The notes beneath the pieces are model-generated. The model was not told the DNA's origin and searched no databases. It was given only the letters and a program-made list of their open reading frames with translations. A DNA stretch of 64,000 bases. Source: Candidatus Latescibacterota bacterium. GTDB lineage: Bacteria > Latescibacterota > UBA2968 > GCA-2709665. A program made the position numbers and the translations under genes. The stretch covers positions 3,488,001-3,552,000 of the forward strand of contig OZ244937.1 in NCBI GenBank assembly GCA_965222075.1. Reading direction: 5' to 3'. Positions 20,709 through 30,176 of the stretch are shown one piece after another (position 1 is the stretch's first letter; every line of letters begins with the position of its first letter).

Positions 20709-21680
20709 ATGGACGATTTCTGTGCAGAACTCAAGGCCCAGCGGGAGGCCTCCGGCCTTTCGGTGGATGACCTTTTCGAACGCACCCGGATCAACCCCAC
20801 CTTTCTGGACGCCCTCGAAGCCGGGAATTTTGACATCCTCCCCGAGGCCTACACCCGGCTCTTTCTGAAAAAATACGCCCAGGAGATCGGGCTCAACCCC
20901 CGCGAGATTCTGGGCCGATACGAGGCGCTCAGGCGTCCCTCGGATGCATCAGACAGCCAGTCCCCACCACCAAAGCGCGCACGCGTGCCGTCCACAGGGC
21001 TAATGCTGGTCATCGCCTTCGGGCTGGTCCTGGCGGTGGGCATCGGCACGATGGCCCTCAAGAACCGGGACCGGTCTGCTTCCTCCAAAGCGACCTCAAA
21101 AGGGAACGCCCGCACCGCCGTTCAACTACCCTCGCCCCCCGGGGAGGCCGCACGCGGTGAAACGAGCGATTCTGTTTCACCCTCCAACGATGTTCCCTCC
21201 GGTGCGCCGTTCACCCAACGGGAGATCCCGCAAACGCCCGTTGGGGAGGCCCGGCCACCAAGCGTCCGGGTGGAGGCTCCATCCCCAGGGAATTCCCTCA
21301 CCGCAACAGGGCCCACAACCCTTCCCACCGAACGGGTCGTTGTGGCCTATTCCCTCTCCATCCCGCTTCCCTCCATCGGCACGGACAGCCTCCTGATCCT
21401 CGCAGGTCGCGCCCTTCAAACCACCCGGGTAACCGTGTTGGCCGACGGCGAACCGATATTCGACGGCACCCTGTCCGCCGGTCAAAAGCGTCTCTGGAAC
21501 GCCCGCAGCCGATTCCGGATCGAGGTCGAAAACGCCCCCGGCGTGGCCTTCTCCCTGCAAGGACACGCCTTCAATCTCCTGGGCAAACCGGGCCGTAAAC
21601 TCCGCCTTTCTATCTCCCGGTCCTCCATCTGGGTGGAAGAGGTCGAGCCCTCCCCTTCCAGCGCCGCCGTGGACTTCTGA
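20709..21680 (+). CDS. RodZ-like protein (HTH_25, TM, DUF4115)
   Basis: N-terminal HTH (TRINPTFLDALEAGNFDILPEAYTRLFLKKYA), single TM, Pro/Ser linker, beta-rich C-terminus. Confidence 0.85.
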   Translation: MDDFCAELKAQREASGLSVDDLFERTRINPTFLDALEAGNFDILPEAYTRLFLKKYAQEIGLNPREILGRYEALRRPSDASDSQSPPPKRARVPSTGLMLVIAFGLVLAVGIGTMALKNRDRSASSKATSKGNARTAVQLPSPPGEAARGETSDSVSPSNDVPSGAPFTQREIPQTPVGEARPPSVRVEAPSPGNSLTATGPTTLPTERVVVAYSLSIPLPSIGTDSLLILAGRALQTTRVTVLADGEPIFDGTLSAGQKRLWNARSRFRIEVENAPGVAFSLQGHAFNLLGKPGRKLRLSISRSSIWVEEVEPSPSSAAVDF

Positions 21681-21684
21681 CCCG

Positions 21685-24129
21685 ATGACGCCCCCCCCCT
21701 ACGCACAGATCGTCCCCCTTGGCGCACCTATAGACCAGGACATGACCTACTATGTGCCCGATGACCTGCACGCCCACATCCGGGTCGGCAGCCGGGCGCT
21801 TATCCCCCTGGGCGCGCGATGGACCACCGGCATCGTCGTCGGCTTCCAGGATCGGTATGACCTGGAAGGGGTCAAATCGGTGGGCATCCTCCTTGACCCC
21901 TATCCGGTGCTTTCGGAGGACATGCTCGACCTCTGTCGCTGGGTGGCCAACTATTACCTCTGCACCCTGTCGGAGGTCCTCAAGACCGCCCTGCCCGCGG
22001 GCATCCATACCCACAGCGGCCAGCGCATCGCCCTCCAAGATTTCGACCGGATGCCGGACGGCCTCGTCTCCCCCCGGCAGCAGGCCGTGCTGGACCACCT
22101 CCGCAGCAGCGGATCGGCCACGCTCCGCCAGATCGAACGCCGCCTCGGAGGGGGAGGCGTCCGCGGTGCGGTCTACGGCCTCCTGCGGCGCGGCCTGATC
22201 AGCGTAGATCAGGAGATAAACACGCCCAGGGTCAAGCCGAAGCGGGAACGGATCGTGGAACTGGTTCCCCAGGATGCCCGCTGGATCGACGTGGAACTCC
22301 CACAGCTGGAGCGACGCGCGCCCATGCAGGCCGAGTGCATCCGCCGCCTCTGGCGGTCGGGCGGGCGCCTTCCCTCCACAGAACTGACCTCGGCCGGCAT
22401 CGGCGCGGGCGTGCTGAGGGCGCTGGCAGACCGGAAGGTCGTCCGCTTCGGCTTCCGGGAGGTTCTCCGGGACCCCTATGCCAACCTCAACGTTCCCCCT
22501 CCTCAAGACCTGGCGCCCACAACCCACCAGCAAAAGGCCATAGAGGAGATCTGCCAAAGCCTCGACGCCGGGACCTTCCAGGCCCACCTCCTCCACGGCG
22601 TCACCGGCTCGGGCAAAACCCTCATCTACATCTGCGCCGCCGCCCACGCCCTCAAAGCCGGGCGGGGGGCGCTCATCCTGGTCCCGGAGATCTCGCTGAC
22701 CCCCCAGACCGTCCGCAGCTTTCGGGCGCACTTTGGCAACCGCGTCGCCGTGCTCCACAGCGCTCTCTCCGAAGGGGAACGCTACGACGCCTGGCGGGAA
22801 GTCCGCGAAGGCAAACGGACCATCGTCATCGGCGCCCGGTCTGCGGTCTTTGCCCCCGTCCAAAACCTTGGACTGATCGTGGTAGACGAAGAACACGACG
22901 GCTCGTACAAACAGGCCGACCCCGCCCCCCGCTACAACGCCCGGGATGTGGCGATCGTGCGCGCCAAAATGGAAGGGAGTGCCGCCGTCCTCGGGTCGGC
23001 GACCCCCTCCCTTGAATCTTACCACAACGCCGGCATCCACAAATTCAACCTCCTCTGCATCCCCGAACGGATCGACGCGCGCCCCCTGCCCGAAGTCATC
23101 CTTGTCGACATGAAAAGAGAGGGCGGCGGCATCTTCTCCAAACCCCTGCGGGAAAAGATGGTGGACCGACTTCGGAAAAAGGAGCGCATCATCCTGCTGC
23201 AGAACCGCAGGGGCTATGCCCCCTTTGTCCAGTGTACCGACTGCGGCCGCTCCATTGAATGCCCCAACTGTCAGGTCACCTTCACCTACCACGCCACCGG
23301 CCGCCGCATGGTCTGTCACTACTGCGCGCGCAACGTCCCGGCCCCTTCTTGCTGTGATGCCTGCGACGGGGCCAACCTCCAGCTTTTTGGCGTGGGCACG
23401 CAGCGCGTGGAAGAGGCCCTCAAAGCGCAGTTTCCAGAGGCCCGGATGCTGCGCATGGACATGGATACCACAAGGCGTAAAGGCGCCCACGACCGGATCT
23501 TAGAGTCCTTTCGCAGAGGGGATGCGGACCTCCTCCTGGGCACCCAGATGGTGGCCAAGGGGCTCGACTTCCCCGGCGTCACCCTCGTGGGCGTCATCTC
23601 GGCCGATACCAGCATCCACCTACCCGACTTCCGCGCCGGCGAGCGCACCTTCCAGCTGCTCACCCAGGTCAGCGGACGGGCCGGACGGGGAGCAACGCCG
23701 GGAGAGGTGGTCGTCCAGACCTACCTCCCCGACGGGGAGGCCGTCGGGTGCGCTCGCGAACATAACTTTCTCAAGTTTGCCCAACTCGAATTGGCCGCGA
23801 GGCAAAGCGTGGGCTACCCCCCCTTTGGCCGGATGGCCCTCTTCCTGTTCAAGGGAAAAGATGAGCACGAGGTCGCCCGCACGGCTGGCATCTGCGCTGA
23901 AGCCATGCGATCCGCAGCGCCCCCAAGCGTCAATGTCATGGGCCCGGTAGCTGCCCCGCTCGCCCGCATCCGGGGCAGCTACCGCTGGCAGGTCATCCTC
24001 AAAACCGCCTCGCCCCACAAGCTGAACGCCCTGGCCCGGGGGGCCCTGGACCAATTTGGCAACCGCAGCCGAAACCGCCGTTCGGGCGTCATCTTAGACA
24101 TCGACATTGACCCGATTTCCATACTATAA
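21685..24129 (+). CDS. priA: Primosomal protein N' (replication restart helicase)
   Basis: HGVTGSGKT, LVPEISLTPQ, DEEHD, zinc-binding CxxC pairs, GTQMVAKGLDFP, QVSGRAGR. Confidence 0.98.
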   Translation: MTPPPYAQIVPLGAPIDQDMTYYVPDDLHAHIRVGSRALIPLGARWTTGIVVGFQDRYDLEGVKSVGILLDPYPVLSEDMLDLCRWVANYYLCTLSEVLKTALPAGIHTHSGQRIALQDFDRMPDGLVSPRQQAVLDHLRSSGSATLRQIERRLGGGGVRGAVYGLLRRGLISVDQEINTPRVKPKRERIVELVPQDARWIDVELPQLERRAPMQAECIRRLWRSGGRLPSTELTSAGIGAGVLRALADRKVVRFGFREVLRDPYANLNVPPPQDLAPTTHQQKAIEEICQSLDAGTFQAHLLHGVTGSGKTLIYICAAAHALKAGRGALILVPEISLTPQTVRSFRAHFGNRVAVLHSALSEGERYDAWREVREGKRTIVIGARSAVFAPVQNLGLIVVDEEHDGSYKQADPAPRYNARDVAIVRAKMEGSAAVLGSATPSLESYHNAGIHKFNLLCIPERIDARPLPEVILVDMKREGGGIFSKPLREKMVDRLRKKERIILLQNRRGYAPFVQCTDCGRSIECPNCQVTFTYHATGRRMVCHYCARNVPAPSCCDACDGANLQLFGVGTQRVEEALKAQFPEARMLRMDMDTTRRKGAHDRILESFRRGDADLLLGTQMVAKGLDFPGVTLVGVISADTSIHLPDFRAGERTFQLLTQVSGRAGRGATPGEVVVQTYLPDGEAVGCAREHNFLKFAQLELAARQSVGYPPFGRMALFLFKGKDEHEVARTAGICAEAMRSAAPPSVNVMGPVAAPLARIRGSYRWQVILKTASPHKLNALARGALDQFGNRSRNRRSGVILDIDIDPISIL

Positions 24130-24131
24130 CT

Positions 24132-24157
24132 GTACGGGCGACCGGCCGGTCGCCCCT
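24132..24157. repeat. GTAG-type REP-like palindrome
   Basis: GTAC-GGGCGACCGG/CCGGTCGCCC-CT immediately after the priA stop. Confidence 0.7.
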
Positions 24158-24164
24158 TCTGTCC

Positions 24165-25631
24165 ATGCTCTTCGACCGAATCAAATCCCTGTTCAAACAC
24201 ACCGCCATCTACGGCATCGGCGACCTGCTGGGGCGCGCCGTATCCGTCTTTCTGCTGCCCCTCTACGCCCGGATGCTCTCCACCGACGACAACGGCGTGA
24301 GGTCCCTCGCCTTCGTCTTTATCGGCTTCAGCACCATCTTCTACTCTCTGGGGCTGAACCAGGCTCTGGTTCGCTATCTCTCGGGAGAGGGCGACTCGGC
24401 GGTTCATCGCAACCGCTTCAGTTCCGCCTTCTGGACCCTCTTTGGCGTGGGCCTCACCTTCTCCGCCCTGCTCTGGGCAGGGGCAGTTCCGCTTGCGCAC
24501 TATTTCCTGGGAGTCGAGGCCTATGCCGACATCTTCCATCTGATGGCGGTGATTATCCTGCTGGATACCCTCAGCGAACCCCTCTTCACCGTCTGCCGGG
24601 CCCGGCAGCGCTCCGCCACCTACGCGGCGGTCAGACTCGTGCAGCACAGCCTGCAAATGGGCCTCACCGTCTACCTCATCGCCGGCCTTGGACAGGGTGT
24701 TCGAGCGATTTTCTGGAGCAACGTCGCCAGCTCGGCCTTCGCCTTTCTTGCGCTCTCTCCGGTCTGCTGGCAGAACCTCCGCCTGATCTATTCTCCCGCA
24801 GCCGTCCGAGAACTCCTTGCTTTTGGCATTCCCTTTGTTCCCTCCGCTCTGGCGCTTCTTGTCATCAACCTTTCCGACCGTTTCCTGATTAGAATTTTCC
24901 TCGGAATCGAAGAGGTGGGCATCTACGATATCGTCTACAAGTTCACCCTGCCCATGCTCATTGCGGTCCGTGTGCTCCGGGCCGCCTGGGCGCCGGCGAT
25001 CCTCTCAATTCCCGACCGGGAAGGTGCGCATGCCCTCTGTGCGCGGGTGACCACATACTTCAGCCTGACAGCGGTGTTTCTCTTCCTCTGCATCCTGAAC
25101 TTTTCCAGGGAACTGATCCTCCTGGTCGCCGGGTCCAACGCGCCTGTCTATCTCAAGGGTCAGGGTATTGTTGCCCCCATCCTGCTCGCGTTCCTCTTCT
25201 CCGGGATCTATGTTATCTTCACGGCCGGCGTCTATGCCGAGAGGCGCACCCGGGTGCTCCCGGCCATCGTCGGCGCAGGAGCGGTTGTAAATATCGGCAT
25301 CAACCTGCTTCTCATCCCCCGGATCGGATTTATCGCCGCAGCTTGGAGTACGCTGGCCGCCTACAGCCTTATGGTGCTGCTCCTCTACCTCCAAACACGC
25401 CGCTTCTACCCGGTGCCTTACGAATACCGGCGCCTCGCAAAGATCAGTGTGGCCGGAACAGTTGTCTTTCTCTTCACATCCGATTATATTCACCAGATCA
25501 CGCCCGGGGGCATCGCGCGGGGGATCTCCCTGCTGGCCTACCCCATCATCCTCTGGGGCTGGAACTTTTTCGACCCGCAGGAATGGCATAACCTCCGATC
25601 GATGGTCCGGTTCCCCTGGGTGCAAAGCTAA
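24165..25631 (+). CDS. Wzx-like oligosaccharide flippase (MOP superfamily)
   Basis: HTAIYGIGDLLGRAVSVFLLPLY, SDRFLI...EVGIY, about 12-14 TMs. Confidence 0.9.
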   Translation: MLFDRIKSLFKHTAIYGIGDLLGRAVSVFLLPLYARMLSTDDNGVRSLAFVFIGFSTIFYSLGLNQALVRYLSGEGDSAVHRNRFSSAFWTLFGVGLTFSALLWAGAVPLAHYFLGVEAYADIFHLMAVIILLDTLSEPLFTVCRARQRSATYAAVRLVQHSLQMGLTVYLIAGLGQGVRAIFWSNVASSAFAFLALSPVCWQNLRLIYSPAAVRELLAFGIPFVPSALALLVINLSDRFLIRIFLGIEEVGIYDIVYKFTLPMLIAVRVLRAAWAPAILSIPDREGAHALCARVTTYFSLTAVFLFLCILNFSRELILLVAGSNAPVYLKGQGIVAPILLAFLFSGIYVIFTAGVYAERRTRVLPAIVGAGAVVNIGINLLLIPRIGFIAAAWSTLAAYSLMVLLLYLQTRRFYPVPYEYRRLAKISVAGTVVFLFTSDYIHQITPGGIARGISLLAYPIILWGWNFFDPQEWHNLRSMVRFPWVQS

Positions 25632-25672
25632 AAGAGTCCATACGAAAATTTGCTGAGCTGGGAGGATTGATA

Positions 25673-26041
25673 GTGCTCAAATTTCGGCAGAAAGTCAAAC
25701 AGGTAACCGGAAAAGTCCGACGTTTTGTACTGGTCCACTTTCAGAAGAACTACGTAGACCGGCAGATGGTGCTCCGGCAGGGAGAGTGCAACCGATGCGG
25801 GAACTGCTGTGAAATTCTTTTTCGCTGTCCATTTCTCATTAAAGAAGACGGGATCTCCATGTGCAGCATTTACGAAGACCGACCCGGCCAGTGTGCGGCG
25901 TTTCCCATCGACGAGAAATGCCTGGCAGATGTCGACTTCGACTGCAGTTATACCTTCGGCGTCCCCGCTGTGCATCCCCAACAGCCCACTCTCTTTCAAA
26001 TCGCTTCTCCCGTTTCAAACCGCCGGGTCGCAAACCCCTAA
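25673..26041 (+). CDS. YkgJ-like Cys-cluster (Zn/Fe-chelating) protein
   Basis: CNRCGNCC...CPFL...CSIYEDRPGQC...FP; GGAGG RBS before GTG. Confidence 0.75.
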   Translation: MLKFRQKVKQVTGKVRRFVLVHFQKNYVDRQMVLRQGECNRCGNCCEILFRCPFLIKEDGISMCSIYEDRPGQCAAFPIDEKCLADVDFDCSYTFGVPAVHPQQPTLFQIASPVSNRRVANP

Positions 26042-26060
26042 CTGGAACGGATCGGATAGA

Positions 26061-26774
26061 ATGGGAAGAACTTTGAAGTCAATTCACAGGCCAAACAGGT
26101 TACTGTCCACTCCTGCGCTGTGTCTGATCCTCTATCTGGGCCTTGTGGCCGAACCCTCCGCTCAGCTCCGGCAGCCCACCGCGGAATTCACCATTGCCAG
26201 GCTCAAATACGGCGGAGGTGGAGACTGGTACAACGGCCCCACCGAGATTCCGAACCTCCTGGCCTTTATCCGCAAACACACACCGGTTCGGACGGCAAAA
26301 GAAGAGGCCCAGGTCGAAATCATGGACGAAAACCTCTTCGCCTACCCCGTCCTTTATCTCACCGGCCACGGCAACCTCCGCTTCACCGAAGAGGAGGTCC
26401 GCCGGCTCCGAACCTATCTGGAACACGGAGGCTTTCTCTTCGCCAACGACGACTACGGCCTCGACCGCGCCTTCCGCAGGGAAATCGAACGGGTCTTCCC
26501 CGACAAGCAACTTGTAGAGCTTCCCCCCTCTTTCGGCATCTTTCAGACCCCCTTCAAGTTTCCGAACGGCCTGCCCAAAATTCACGAACACGACGGGGGC
26601 CCGCCGCAGACCTTGGGCATCTTTCACGAGGGACGGCTTGTGGTCCTCTACAATTTTGAGAGCGACATCGGGGACGGCTGGGACGACCCCGATGTCCACA
26701 ACGACCCCCCGGAGAAACGGGAAGCCGCCCTCAAGATGGGCGCCAACATCATCGTCTGGGCCCTAACGCATTAA
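26061..26774 (+). CDS. DUF4159 domain protein with signal peptide
   Basis: IARLKYGGGGDWY, YLTGHG, GGFLFANDDYG, KIHEHDG, DIGDGW, MGANI. Confidence 0.88.
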   Translation: MGRTLKSIHRPNRLLSTPALCLILYLGLVAEPSAQLRQPTAEFTIARLKYGGGGDWYNGPTEIPNLLAFIRKHTPVRTAKEEAQVEIMDENLFAYPVLYLTGHGNLRFTEEEVRRLRTYLEHGGFLFANDDYGLDRAFRREIERVFPDKQLVELPPSFGIFQTPFKFPNGLPKIHEHDGGPPQTLGIFHEGRLVVLYNFESDIGDGWDDPDVHNDPPEKREAALKMGANIIVWALTH

Positions 26775-26789
26775 GCAGGGGCGATCCTT

Positions 26790-29700
26790 GTGACCGTCCC
26801 TGTTACCACAACGTATTCAACCATGTCCAGCACCTCCGCCCATACCGCCTACCAGGACCTCCTGCAACGGCTCCGAAGGCTCCGGCGAAAGCATACCGCC
26901 GCCCGCTGCCTCACCGGCCTTTGCCTTACACTTGCCTGTGGCCTGGGCACCGGGCTGGTCCTGCTCCTCTTCGAAGCGGGGATCTACCTTTCGCCCACGG
27001 CCAAGCTCCTCCTCGAAGCGGTAGCAAGCCTCGGCCTGATCGGCCTTCTTGCCCGCTTCTGTCTCTATCCCCTCCTGGCCCCCCCGCCCCTGGAGGAGGT
27101 GGCCCTTTGTGTGGAACGCCACTTCGGCGGGCTAAAGCAGCGCCTCATCAGCGCCCTCCAACTCTGGAGGGACAGAGAAAGGGACAACCAGGGCGCCTCC
27201 CCCCACCTGATAGCCGCCGCCGTTGTGCAGGCCACACAAATTGCTGCCGACCTCGATCTCGATGCCACAGTCGACCGCGCCCGTCCCCTCCGCATGGCCG
27301 GCCTCTGCGGAGGGATGGCCCTGTTGGTCCTGGGGTGCTTCGGCCTCTGGACCGGACCCATAAGAGGCGCTGCCAGCCGCCTGGCCCACCCCCAAACGGC
27401 CTACGTCCGGCCGTCCGATACCCGGATTGAACTTCGGCCCGGAAATGCCGAAGTCATTGCGGGGGACCCCTTTGAAATCTACGCCGACCTCTCCGGGGTG
27501 GTCCCCCCGCAGGCCCGGTTGACCGTCCGGGAAGAGGGCGTAGACATCTGGACGCCTCTGGACCTGCCGGTCCGCCAGAACCGCGTGAAACATCGGTTCG
27601 GTACCCTCACCCGCTCATTGGCTTACCGTCTGCAGGCCAACGACGCCGAAACCCCCGCTTATACCCTCACGGTCCGTGCGCGCCCCATGGTCACCCAAAT
27701 CGTACGCCACTATCACTACCCGGACCATACCCGGCTGGGCGAACGCCGTGAAGTGGAAGGGGGAGATATCGTCGCACCCACCGGCACATCTGTCCGCCTC
27801 CAGATCCAGGCCAGTCTGCCTTTGGAGGAAGCCTGGCTGGACTTCGATAACAATACCCGATTGCCGACCCGCATCAACGACCGCACCGCACAGGCCGAAC
27901 TCACCGTCATCGATGACCGACGCTATACCATCGGTCTGCTTGACCCCCATATGATCCCCAACCGGGATCCCGTGGAATACCGGATCGTTGCCCTCCAGGA
28001 CCACCCCCCGGAAGTCCGCCTGCTCCGCCCCGGCGCCGATTCGGAATTGGGAGAAACCATGCAGGTGCCCCTCCTTGCCGAGGCCCACGATGACTTTGGG
28101 GTCTCCCGGATGGAAGTGCGCTACACCATCAACGACGGCGCCCCGGATCAGACCCTTCCGGTTGCCCTCGACACCGTCGGTGCAAAAGACCTGACTCAGG
28201 GCGTCCTCTGGGACCTTTCCGGCCTGGACCTCCTGCCCGGAGACCAGGTTACCTACCGGATGCGTGTCTACGACAACAACACCGTATCCGGACCGACCCA
28301 CGGCGAATCGACCAACTTTACGGTCCGCTTTCCTTCCCTCTTTGAAATCCACCAGGAGGCCCAGCTGGCCCAGCAGAAAGGCCTGGAGCAGATGGAATCG
28401 ATGTGGCAGGCGGGAAAGGAACTTCAGAAACGCCTTGGAAAAGTCGCCCACGAACTCCTCAAAGAAGGCGACCTGGAGTGGCAGGAGCGTAAGGAACTGG
28501 AAACCAGCCTTGAAGAGCAAACCCGGGCCGGCGAGCGCCTAAAACAGATCATGCAAAAGCTCAACGAAACCCTCGACCGGCTCGAAAGCAGTGGCCTGAT
28601 GGCTGCAGAAACCCTTCAGAAACTGGAGGAAATCCGGGAACTCTTCTCCCAAATCGAAACCCCCGAACTCAAACAGGCAATGGAAAAGCTCCAGGAGGCC
28701 CTCAAAGCGGTCGATCCCGATGCCGTTCAGGAGGCCCTCAATGCGTTCCGGGATGAACAGGAGGCGTTCCAGCAGACCCTCGACCGCAGCATTGCCCTCC
28801 TCAAACGGGTGCAGCACCAGCAGAACCTCGATGCTCTGGTCAAAGGGATGGAAGAACTGGCGGCCGAACAGCAAGAAGTCGTAGAGGACCTCCGGAAAGA
28901 GGCGCAACCCCAGACCCTGGCCGAACGGGAAGACCTGTTGGCGCACGATACCCAAAGGCTGCAGGACGAACTGGCCCGGGCCGCAGAGCAGATGCCCGAC
29001 CCCACGGGGGAAGACCTGCACCGGCTGGCCGATGAACTCGGCGAACGCCGGGTGGCCGGCCGCATAGCGCGAGTCGGTCAAATCCTCCGCGCCGGGCAGA
29101 TAGGGCCGGCCCGGCAGCAGGCACAGGCGGTTGCAAAAGACCTCCAGGAACTGACCCGGCAACTCAGACAAACCCGACAGGCCTTCGTACAGAACCAGAA
29201 AACCGGGATTACCCGGGAACTCAACCGGGCCTTGCACGACCTCCTCTCCCTCTCCCGGGATCAGGAACAGACCGCCCGGCAGGCCGAAGGGATCTCTCGC
29301 GATACGGACCCAACGCCTCTGGCCCTGGAACAGGCGCGCATCTTCTCCGGCGCCAATCGGATGGCCCAGCGCCTTTCGGAGGCCTCCCGGAAGACCTTTT
29401 TTATCACACCTCAAACCAGCGGCGCCCTGGGACAGGCCCTTCAGAAAATGGAGGAGGCTGCCAACCACATCCAGCGCGGAAATGCTTCTCGCGCGGCCCG
29501 AAGCGCCAAAGAGGCTATGGGTGGCCTCAACACCGCGGCCCTGTCGGTGCGCCAGGGCCTCACCGACCTTGCCTTCGCCGCTTCGGCACTTGGCTTTGAG
29601 GAAATGCTCCAGCGGATGCAGCAGCTTTCCGGCCAACAGGGCGAGCTCAACGCCCAGACCGAAGCCCTTTTTCAGCAGCAGAGGCCGGGGGAGGGTACAC

Positions 29701-30158
29701 AGATGAGCCTCAATCAGCTGGCCGCCCGGCAGCGGGGCATTGAGCAGGCCCTGGAAGAACTCCTGACCTCCCTGCGCCAGCAGCTGCTCGGCGACCTGAG
29801 ACATGTCGCTTCGGAAATGGAAGAGGTGGCTGAGGACCTCCAGCGGCGGCGGATCACACAGCAGACCCTGAAACGCCAGCGGCGCATCCTCTCCCGCCTG
29901 CTGGATGCCCAGCGCTCGGTGCGCCAGCGCGGATGGAGCAAACAGCGGAAAGCCCGACAGGGCAGAAAGGTCGCCTATCGCGGTCCCGGCTCCCTCCCAC
30001 CCGACCTGGGAGAGGCCGACAACCCCCTCCGGAGGCGGCTCCGTGATGCCCTAAGGGAGGGATACCCCGCTGAGTACCAGGGCCTCATCCGGCGCTATTT
30101 CGAAAGCCTTATGCAGGATGCCCTCGCAAAAGGCCAAAACAACCAGAATCCGAAATAA
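26790..30158 (+). CDS. DUF4175-like membrane-anchored protein with Ig-like domains and a long coiled coil
   Basis: Three N-terminal TMs, RLISALQL, DHPPEV, AHDDFGV, LLPGD, Q/E-rich coiled coil, ILSRLLDAQRSVRQR, YQGLIRRYF. Confidence 0.8.
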   Translation: MTVPVTTTYSTMSSTSAHTAYQDLLQRLRRLRRKHTAARCLTGLCLTLACGLGTGLVLLLFEAGIYLSPTAKLLLEAVASLGLIGLLARFCLYPLLAPPPLEEVALCVERHFGGLKQRLISALQLWRDRERDNQGASPHLIAAAVVQATQIAADLDLDATVDRARPLRMAGLCGGMALLVLGCFGLWTGPIRGAASRLAHPQTAYVRPSDTRIELRPGNAEVIAGDPFEIYADLSGVVPPQARLTVREEGVDIWTPLDLPVRQNRVKHRFGTLTRSLAYRLQANDAETPAYTLTVRARPMVTQIVRHYHYPDHTRLGERREVEGGDIVAPTGTSVRLQIQASLPLEEAWLDFDNNTRLPTRINDRTAQAELTVIDDRRYTIGLLDPHMIPNRDPVEYRIVALQDHPPEVRLLRPGADSELGETMQVPLLAEAHDDFGVSRMEVRYTINDGAPDQTLPVALDTVGAKDLTQGVLWDLSGLDLLPGDQVTYRMRVYDNNTVSGPTHGESTNFTVRFPSLFEIHQEAQLAQQKGLEQMESMWQAGKELQKRLGKVAHELLKEGDLEWQERKELETSLEEQTRAGERLKQIMQKLNETLDRLESSGLMAAETLQKLEEIRELFSQIETPELKQAMEKLQEALKAVDPDAVQEALNAFRDEQEAFQQTLDRSIALLKRVQHQQNLDALVKGMEELAAEQQEVVEDLRKEAQPQTLAEREDLLAHDTQRLQDELARAAEQMPDPTGEDLHRLADELGERRVAGRIARVGQILRAGQIGPARQQAQAVAKDLQELTRQLRQTRQAFVQNQKTGITRELNRALHDLLSLSRDQEQTARQAEGISRDTDPTPLALEQARIFSGANRMAQRLSEASRKTFFITPQTSGALGQALQKMEEAANHIQRGNASRAARSAKEAMGGLNTAALSVRQGLTDLAFAASALGFEEMLQRMQQLSGQQGELNAQTEALFQQQRPGEGTQMSLNQLAARQRGIEQALEELLTSLRQQLLGDLRHVASEMEEVAEDLQRRRITQQTLKRQRRILSRLLDAQRSVRQRGWSKQRKARQGRKVAYRGPGSLPPDLGEADNPLRRRLRDALREGYPAEYQGLIRRYFESLMQDALAKGQNNQNPK

Positions 30159-30176
30159 CCATAACTGGTCATACTC

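Noticed and set aside
6312-23490. Long antisense or alternative-frame ORFs (e.g. 6312..7700 +, 13575..15200 +, 21610..23490 -)
   Set aside because: Shadows of well-supported genes in GC-rich DNA; low-complexity Arg/Pro/His translations without motifs.
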